DNA from: Psychrobacter sp.
Lineage (GTDB): Bacteria; Pseudomonadota; Gammaproteobacteria; Pseudomonadales; Moraxellaceae
DNA length: 64,000 bases
Direction of reading: 5' to 3'
Assembly: GCF_049295055.1 (NCBI RefSeq)
Contig: NZ_JBAQQF010000053.1
Location: 61,871 to 125,870, forward strand
The notes below the pieces were generated by a model that ran no database searches, was not told the origin of the DNA, and worked only from the letters and a program-made list of their open reading frames with translations. The translations under genes and the position numbers were made by a program. This document shows positions 57,815 through 64,000 of this stretch, one piece after another; position 1 is the stretch's first letter; each line of letters opens with the position of its first letter.

Positions 57815-58837
57815 TTAAAGCGCTACACCTTGCTCATTGGCAATTTGTGCAATCAGCTCATAAGCAATGCTACCTTTAAATGGTATCTTTGGCAGATTTG
57901 AGAGATCGAAAAAGTCGGCGTGTGATAGCTCATCTTCTTGTATAACAATGTCACCACCCGCATAAGATGCTCGAAAACCCAGCATCAAATTAGAAGGAAA
58001 CGGCCACGGTTGACTGCTCACGTAGCGAATATCGGATAAGCTAATACCCACTTCTTCTGCCACTTCGCGTACCACCGCATGCTCTAGACTTTCACCGGCT
58101 TCTACAAAGCCTGCAATTAAACCGTATTGTAGACCTTGTTCAGAGGTCGTTTGCTGAACGTAACGATGGTGATGAGCGAGCAAAATTTGTATTTCACCCG
58201 TTTGCGGATTGGGTCGGGTAATGGCGGTAATAATGCAAGGCTGTACCCGTGGATACTGCCGCAATCGGCAAACTTGACATACCATGGCGCGCTCACCATG
58301 CTTAGCATGAACAACTGGCGCCGCGCAACGACTACAAAACCGCGTATCTGCTTGCCAACGCAAGAGCTGTATGGCTTTGCTAATTTGGGCAGAAAGCGCG
58401 ACTGGTAGCTGAGTAATGAGTAGGCGATAAGGGACAAAGGCGTTAATACTGATTTCTAAGTGATTGTTGTCTGAACTTCTAGTAGCCAAGTTATTACTTT
58501 CTAAAGCATCGCTTTCTAAAATTATGGGTAAGGAAATATTATTTGCTATTGCATAGTCATAAGTAATGGCGCTGGCTGCTTCAGCGGTTATATCATTATG
58601 GCGAGTATTTGCATTCGCTTTATTTATAGTATCTGTATCGTCACTAGATAGCCAGTGAGTGGGCGCTAAGCTTTCAAATAGTGCTACCTGCCCAATTTGA
58701 TAAGCTTGCTGATAGTCGCTAGCGCTTGCTTCGGTAGGATTATCTGATTGAGGCAACTTAACCTGCAAAGGCCACCAGCCGTTAGGCGTCTGACGACATA
58801 AGATGGTTTCGTCATTAAGTATAAAGGCAAAGGACAT
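57815..58837 (-). CDS. nudC: NAD(+) diphosphatase / NADH pyrophosphatase (Nudix)
   Basis: It has a zinc ribbon (CSRCAAPVVHAKHGERAMVCQVC) and a Nudix box (GFVEAGESLEHAVVREVAEEVGI). I prefer ATG at 58837 over the TTG at 58852. Confidence 0.88.
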   Translation of the reverse strand: MSFAFILNDETILCRQTPNGWWPLQVKLPQSDNPTEASASDYQQAYQIGQVALFESLAPTHWLSSDDTDTINKANANTRHNDITAEAASAITYDYAIANNISLPIILESDALESNNLATRSSDNNHLEISINAFVPYRLLITQLPVALSAQISKAIQLLRWQADTRFCSRCAAPVVHAKHGERAMVCQVCRLRQYPRVQPCIITAITRPNPQTGEIQILLAHHHRYVQQTTSEQGLQYGLIAGFVEAGESLEHAVVREVAEEVGISLSDIRYVSSQPWPFPSNLMLGFRASYAGGDIVIQEDELSHADFFDLSNLPKIPFKGSIAYELIAQIANEQGVAL

Positions 58838-58934
58838 AAAACAAGTTTCCAAACGGTCAAAGATAAGCTCACACCAGCTTAGATATGAGCCTACTAAAAT
58901 TATTTATTAAGCAACAAGCAGCGGACTCAAGTTA

Positions 58935-60617
58935 TTAAGCAGCAAGTAACTGGCTCAAGCTCTGCTGTCCGACATCAAGTGCCTGCTTACTGACTGGGCG
59001 ATTATTTTCAAAACCATCTAGATGATGATCTACTGCCATCATCACATCAGCGATATAAGCTAATGTGCCATCATCAATACGGGTCCCACCATTGATACGT
59101 TGCTGCAAGTAACTCGCCAACTGGCTAAGCATACTAGCAGGCGTTGGCAGTTGCAAAAATCGTACGGCACCAGACACTTGACGTAGCATTTCAGGAATGT
59201 TTTGAATATTAAGTACATCGCGTTCAGGCTCAGCTAGATAGTCATTGATGCCTTGCTCGGCACTAGCAATAGCCGTACGGCTTTCTTGTATCAACGTATC
59301 ATAGGCGGTGTTGAGCTGGTGCAATGAAATATGTGGATTATTCAAAGGCAGATAGATTGCACCTGGCGTATGCATTTCTGCCATCGCGATGGTGGCATTT
59401 TCAGCATGCATCAATGCCAATAGTAAATGGTCAAAATCTTCAGGAGAAGGCGCACGCCACGTAGTCACCGCTTCTGCTGCTTTCGTAAGGCTATTGGCAG
59501 CATTTGATAGACCCAGCAGATGTAATGATGAGCTCAATGTGGTCAGATCTTCAATGATTTGAGAAGTCTGCATATCAACAGGATTGATGGAGTCGCCACG
59601 CGCATAGCTATCGACGTTTTCTTTAATGGTATTGATTTGAGTCTGAATGATCGTATTCAAAGTGTCGGTGAGCGCGCGGTTAGGGCCGAACAAGAAGCGC
59701 TCCATTTGTTTGCGTTGCGGATCTTCTAGCTGATTTGCCGCATATTGCTCACGTAATATTTTTGCTTCTTCAACATCACGCTGGCAGGCAAAACTGACCA
59801 AATCTGCGAAACGCGTATCCATCACAGGTAAGTAGCTTTGGAACTGCTGTTCTAAGTAAATGAGTGTGTGTTTTTGGCTCAAGTTAAGAGGTAAAATGGT
59901 TGCGATATCAGTGACCGCTACGGCTGCTGCTTGCCAAAACAGACTGCTGCTATTTACCGCTATCAAAGCGCAAGCCGCTGACATTGCATCCAGTTTTTGC
60001 TGATCGTCTTGGCTAATGTTACCGTCTTGATTAATCAAAGCTACGCCAAGACCAGTACGATAAGCATAGGTCAATAAGTCACTATCAAGATTTAGCTCAT
60101 TAAGCGCTTGAAAGTTTTGTTCAGGATTGGCAATGATAACGCTACTATTACCGAAAGTAGCAAAATACTCTGCATCAATAGGCGCAACTTGACTATGAGC
60201 ATTGAGCTTATTAATAATAGGTAATAATAAAGTCGGCTCTACTGATTCTGTCAGCAGCACGAACTCAATATAACGATCAAGCGTCATAATGGCTTCTGAC
60301 AAATCCATAATCAATTCGACATTGCTATTGTCGCCACTATCATAAAGTTGTTGTAAGCCCTGTACAACCGCTATGTTAAGCGTTTCTGCACCGACCGAAG
60401 ATATGAGCTGAAAAATACAAGTCAGCTGTTTTAATACAATAATAGAATCTAACAATAAAGGTGCTTGGCTATTGTCGTCAGTAAATTCGCCCAAATGAAT
60501 CTCAGTGTCTTTAAGTATGACATTGATCTCATCGTGCAATAAATGGAGCGATGGTAGATTAAAGTTAGTCACACTCAGCGTTGGCGCAGTTAATTTCATT
60601 TGGTTGGATTTATTCAT
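58935..60617 (-). CDS. hypothetical protein, possibly a FimL-like scaffold (related to the ChpA N-terminus)
   Basis: About 560 aa from ATG at 60617. The call rests on size, helical character, and position between nudC and dnaQ/rnhA. That position resembles my recollection of the Pseudomonas fimL neighbourhood. The sequence itself has no motif I can name. Confidence 0.35.
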   Translation of the reverse strand: MNKSNQMKLTAPTLSVTNFNLPSLHLLHDEINVILKDTEIHLGEFTDDNSQAPLLLDSIIVLKQLTCIFQLISSVGAETLNIAVVQGLQQLYDSGDNSNVELIMDLSEAIMTLDRYIEFVLLTESVEPTLLLPIINKLNAHSQVAPIDAEYFATFGNSSVIIANPEQNFQALNELNLDSDLLTYAYRTGLGVALINQDGNISQDDQQKLDAMSAACALIAVNSSSLFWQAAAVAVTDIATILPLNLSQKHTLIYLEQQFQSYLPVMDTRFADLVSFACQRDVEEAKILREQYAANQLEDPQRKQMERFLFGPNRALTDTLNTIIQTQINTIKENVDSYARGDSINPVDMQTSQIIEDLTTLSSSLHLLGLSNAANSLTKAAEAVTTWRAPSPEDFDHLLLALMHAENATIAMAEMHTPGAIYLPLNNPHISLHQLNTAYDTLIQESRTAIASAEQGINDYLAEPERDVLNIQNIPEMLRQVSGAVRFLQLPTPASMLSQLASYLQQRINGGTRIDDGTLAYIADVMMAVDHHLDGFENNRPVSKQALDVGQQSLSQLLAA

Positions 60618-60766
60618 AGTTGTTTTTCCATAAGATACTGACGAAAATAGCAATTATTTAAATAATAGACTAAAAAAGGTATGTGGCTAAGGATTTAACG
60701 CTTATCATTATAATAATCAAGACTATATCTCCTAATGGCCATTTTAAGAAGCTATTTTAATGTCTG

Positions 60767-61912
60767 TTACATTTTGGCTCTTAGCTCAGGATAGTCTTCT
60801 GCGAGCGCAGCATACCAAATTTGATTGGCGTTCTCATTAATACTCGACTCAAGCAATAAGTTGGCTAAACTTGCAAAGCTAGCATGGGCAGTCTGTCCAC
60901 CATCTGCTTGGGTATCTTCCTCAATCGCTAACGTGACCTGTCCACCGGTCATCGCCAGATAAACTTCCGCTAAAATCTCTGAATCTAGTAATGCCCCGTG
61001 AAAAGTACGGTCTTGCTTGCCAACATCTAAGCGGCGCACGAGAGCATCTAGGGTGTTTTTTTGCCCAGGATATTGCTGTTTGGCCATTACCAGCGAGTCG
61101 GTCACTTTTACCCGCTCGGCAAAGTCATGCATACCAACTTTGGCAAACTCCATATTTAGGAAGTTCATATCAAACGTGGCGTTATGAGCGATGACCTCTG
61201 CACCGTCCATAAAATCATAAAGCGATTGAGCAACTTGATTAAAGGTTGGTTTATCGCTCAAAAACGCTTCAGAGATACCGTGAATCCGAATAACTTCTTC
61301 ATCCATGCCGCGCTGTGGATTGATATAGACGTGTAGCTTTTCGCCGGTAAACTTACGCCCGATCATCTCCACAATACCAACCTCGACAATGCGATCGCCC
61401 TTTAACGGATCAAGACCTGTGGTCTCAGTATCCATGATAAGTTGGCGGTCCGATTCATGACGATTGATAGGCTGAGGTAGCAGCGCTTTAAAATGTGGAT
61501 TGGCACGGCTCGTGTCGCCATCGAATTTTGGTATTTCAGTATCCATACCAGCTTCTATATCAGTATTTATATTGGGCATATTAGCGTTTATCGTGGTATC
61601 AGTCATAATAGTCTGGGCTTCCAGTATATCTTTGGTAGTCATTGGTTTACTAATATTATTCTGATAGTAATTTACTTCTATTATGTTCTTTTTATTCACC
61701 ATATCATCGACATGATTTCTATCAGCAGCAGAGTTTTTTGCTACATAGCTGTCTAATATGTCGCTTTCTAGAGTCTGGCTTTCTAGCATAGGATCATCTG
61801 ATGGCTCTTCATCAAGCTCATCATTCATCATATCAAAACCCAATGGATCGAACTTTAGCCAATCATCGCTTGTAGAGGGGTTTTTATCAGAGGCTATTTG
61901 CTGAACAGACAC
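60767..61912 (-). CDS. dnaQ: DNA polymerase III epsilon subunit (3'-5' exonuclease) with a ~148-aa acidic N-terminal extension
   Basis: Exo motifs IMDTETTGLDP, HNATFDMNFL and HGALLDSEILAEVY. The ORF opens with a GTG that overlaps the rnhA stop (TAGTG). The true N-terminus is uncertain; see the findings. Confidence 0.85.
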   Translation of the reverse strand: MSVQQIASDKNPSTSDDWLKFDPLGFDMMNDELDEEPSDDPMLESQTLESDILDSYVAKNSAADRNHVDDMVNKKNIIEVNYYQNNISKPMTTKDILEAQTIMTDTTINANMPNINTDIEAGMDTEIPKFDGDTSRANPHFKALLPQPINRHESDRQLIMDTETTGLDPLKGDRIVEVGIVEMIGRKFTGEKLHVYINPQRGMDEEVIRIHGISEAFLSDKPTFNQVAQSLYDFMDGAEVIAHNATFDMNFLNMEFAKVGMHDFAERVKVTDSLVMAKQQYPGQKNTLDALVRRLDVGKQDRTFHGALLDSEILAEVYLAMTGGQVTLAIEEDTQADGGQTAHASFASLANLLLESSINENANQIWYAALAEDYPELRAKM

Positions 61913-62472
61913 TATGCTTGCTCTTTTTTTTTAGCAGTATCTTGTGTTTCCACTATCGATAAACCTTCACTACTAGACGTTACGCCCAAATTTGCTAGCT
62001 CATCTGCCTTTTCATTACCAGCATGTCCAGCATGACCTTTGACCCAATGCCAATCAACATCGCGTGGTTGGCAAAGCTCGTCTAACTGTTGCCAAAGGTC
62101 TTGATTGGCGACTGGTTTTTTACTGGCTGTTTTCCAGCCTCGTTTTTTCCAACCTTCAATCCATTCGGTGATGCCTTTTTTAACATAGCTTGAGTCTGTC
62201 CAAATCTCAAGATTCTGCTCATGTGGACTGTATTTTAATGCTTGTATTGCGCCCATCAGCTCCATACGATTATTGGTCGTCTGACTATCGCCACCATACA
62301 AATCCTGCGTACGCCCGTCACTAAATATAAGATGCGCGCCCCAACCGCCAGCGCCAGGATTACCTTTACATGCACCGTCGGTATAGGCAACCGTCGTATC
62401 TGATTTGGCGGCCAACGGATTCACGGCGTTATTGGTATTGAATTGCTGCGCTGAGATAGGATTGTCTGACAT
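61912..62472 (-). CDS. rnhA: ribonuclease HI
   Basis: A 186-aa ORF with [29 protein letters not shown], and [18 protein letters not shown]. Confidence 0.93.
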   Translation of the reverse strand: MSDNPISAQQFNTNNAVNPLAAKSDTTVAYTDGACKGNPGAGGWGAHLIFSDGRTQDLYGGDSQTTNNRMELMGAIQALKYSPHEQNLEIWTDSSYVKKGITEWIEGWKKRGWKTASKKPVANQDLWQQLDELCQPRDVDWHWVKGHAGHAGNEKADELANLGVTSSSEGLSIVETQDTAKKKEQA

Positions 62473-62764
62473 AAAAATTTGTTGACCTAATAAGGATAAT
62501 TATAGGGTAGCGCGAAGAGGTTTTGCTCACGTTTTTTACGATGGCTATTCCTGCGTATGCTGAGGCTAAGTATAACAAATCTAGCATTAGGATGGGCAGT
62601 TGCCATGCACAAAAACGCAAAACCCTATATCATAACAGTAACCATGCCGTTTTCTGTTAAAATATAAACGCTCATGAAACATCTACTGAGATGCTGAGTA
62701 TTGTCAGCGTGATGATGTTGTAAAAATGCCAGCAATTATAGTAATGCCAGTAATGCTACATATT

Positions 62765-62870
62765 TTGATACTGTTATTTGATGGTAATGCTTGATGATAA
62801 TGTTCGATAATAGTGTTAGACGATACTGTTAAATAGTAACGCATAAACGATAACGCGTAAACAGTACCGC
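62765..62870. repeat. about 8 degenerate tandem 13-nt repeats in the rnhA / lipoprotein divergent intergenic region
   Basis: The units are TTGATACTGTTAT / TTGATGGTAATGC / TTGATGATAATGT / TCGATAATAGTGT / TAGACGATACTGT / TAAATAGTAACGC / ATAAACGATAACGC / GTAAACAGTACCGC. Confidence 0.6.
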
Positions 62871-62896
62871 GCCCAATCAAAGCTTTTAATGCACGA

Positions 62897-63487
62897 ATGC
62901 AGGATAACCCTACTATGTCCTTACGCTCAAAGTCCTTACGCTCAAATATTTTTTATAAAAATCTCAGCCACTTAATGGTTGGGGTAGCTGCGAGCAGCGT
63001 ACTATTTTTGACTGCTTGCAATGACAGCAGTAGCAGCAAAATCGATGCTAAAACAGTCGAGACTGCAGCAGATTTGTCGGTCTTTGAAGGTTGTTATACT
63101 GTCAGTCACGACGAGCCTGCGCAAATAAAAGTCAGCCAACAGGGCGGCTCGTGGGTGATGCAAATGAAAGAGCCAGCTAGCGCTAAGCGCGTTTGGGATG
63201 ACGCTGAGCCATTAGAGGTGATTGAAAGCAGTGATATACCAAAGTTTTTCTCTATCGACCCTGATAACGTCGACGCAGTCATTGGTCGTCCGGATAGAGT
63301 GCTGGTACTGGCGCATGTCAAACCCGTTTATGCTAATATCGATCCGCTACTAGATAGTGAATATTTATCTTATATCTATAAAGGTGCCAATACCATTTAC
63401 CGTGTCGAATGTGATGACGTCAATACTGATATTTTAGCCAATCCACATGCCAATATCATTATTGATAACGTTAACGATAGTGTTTAG
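62897..63487 (+). CDS. hypothetical lipoprotein
   Basis: A 196-aa ORF with lipobox LTACNDSSSS. I recognise no family. Confidence 0.6.
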   Translation: MQDNPTMSLRSKSLRSNIFYKNLSHLMVGVAASSVLFLTACNDSSSSKIDAKTVETAADLSVFEGCYTVSHDEPAQIKVSQQGGSWVMQMKEPASAKRVWDDAEPLEVIESSDIPKFFSIDPDNVDAVIGRPDRVLVLAHVKPVYANIDPLLDSEYLSYIYKGANTIYRVECDDVNTDILANPHANIIIDNVNDSV

Positions 63488-63571
63488 GTAAGCGTTATAA
63501 ATAAGTATTCAATAAATAATTATCGAAAACATCTTTTGTTATAAGCCATCCTATTAGTAAAGTTGGACAAT

Positions 63572-63877
63572 ATGAATTTTTTCAGTTATGTGGTGTTGGG
63601 TGGATTCTCTTATGCCGCCGGTTGGGCAATCAGAACCTATGTACTCAATAAACAGCCAAAACCTGAGCAGCCTTATAATCTAAAGCATCCAGCCATCTTG
63701 GCATACTTAGGCGGCTTCTTTATTATTATGCTGATTGTCTCATGGCTAATCGGTCGCTATATACTTGGGCATATCACTATTGATTTGCCATTTATTATTA
63801 TGAACAGCATAGTGGCTACTTTTGTGTATTCATTCGGTCTTAATCCCGAAAAGTCTAATTATAATGTACCTGACTAG
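63572..63877 (+). CDS. small hypothetical membrane protein
   Basis: ATG at 63572 (MNFFSYVVLGG...); the ORF-track start at 63563 is a TTG. It has three hydrophobic segments. Confidence 0.5.
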   Translation: MNFFSYVVLGGFSYAAGWAIRTYVLNKQPKPEQPYNLKHPAILAYLGGFFIIMLIVSWLIGRYILGHITIDLPFIIMNSIVATFVYSFGLNPEKSNYNVPD

Positions 63878-63944
63878 AGCACTTAAATAAGCAGCTCATA
63901 ATAAGTAACTCATATAAGTAGCTTAGTTAATTAGCTAACTTTAA

Positions 63945-63990
63945 TAAAAAAAGCCACGACCGATAAGTTAATTATCAGCCGTGGCTTTTT
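63945..63990 (+). terminator. Rho-independent terminator
   Basis: AAAAAAAGCCACG ...loop... CGTGGCTTTTT (stem 63952-63958 / 63980-63986). Confidence 0.75.
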
Positions 63991-64000
63991 AATGTCTTTA

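Noticed and set aside
62593-62609. sigma-54-like string TGGGCAGTTGCCATGCA upstream of rnhA.
   Set aside because: With correct GG-N10-GC spacing the -24 element reads GGGCAG and the -12 element ATGC. That is too many mismatches to call.
1-64000. Search by eye for CRISPR arrays, tRNA/rRNA genes, transposases, integrases, prophage genes, and classical toxin-antitoxin or restriction-modification cassettes.
   Set aside because: None were found. All intergenic regions over 150 nt were read, and the only repeats are the small ones reported. The remaining short ORFs in the track are nested in, or antisense to, strongly supported genes.

Overview
This is a chromosomal, mostly housekeeping window from an A+T-leaning gammaproteobacterium. 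Gene content and order resemble Moraxellaceae (Psychrobacter/Acinetobacter-like); that placement is inference only. I saw no rRNA, tRNA, CRISPR array, transposase or integrase.

Recognisable blocks:
- gcvT-gcvH-(nitroreductase)-gcvP behind a tandem glycine riboswitch
- a MoxR-type AAA ATPase plus VWA pair
- an rtc RNA-repair locus
- gcdH plus a semialdehyde dehydrogenase
- a radical-SAM/TIGR03915-like DNA-repair pair
- greA and carAB
- prfB with its programmed +1 frameshift, and ppnP
- a bacterial topoisomerase IB
- an acyl-CoA synthetase plus SDR, and clpB with a sigma-32-type promoter
- two tandem BCCT transporter paralogs
- metK, nth, an rnfB-like gene, nudC, a FimL-like gene, dnaQ and rnhA

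The most interesting region is the rtc locus (13.7-21.2 kb). rtcR (CARF plus sigma-54 activator) is divergent from an operon that starts with a -24/-12 promoter. The operon reads rtcB, a very A+T-rich ~543-aa helical-repeat protein with a C-terminal HEPN-type RNALEH motif, a DIP1984-like 152-aa protein, a 360-nt spacer with a G+C-rich structured core, and rtcA. An uncharacterised acidic 136-aa ORF sits just upstream of rtcR. A predicted RNase whose products would be RtcB substrates and RtcR ligands is therefore embedded in the repair operon. I propose this as a candidate RNA cleave-and-reseal (toxin / repair / feedback) module.

Other notable observations:
- An A9 slippery tract lies exactly where a -1 shift would fuse RNase HI to a long N-terminal extension of DnaQ.
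- A TTAAGG-N6/7-CCTTAA palindrome occurs three times: before both BCCT genes, and once as an orphan next to a perfect sigma-54 consensus.
- A ~80-nt hairpin-forming repeat is present twice.
- There are several small tandem and inverted repeats.

All small-motif coordinates were derived by hand and may be off by 1-2 nt. No database search was possible, so every family assignment is recall-based.
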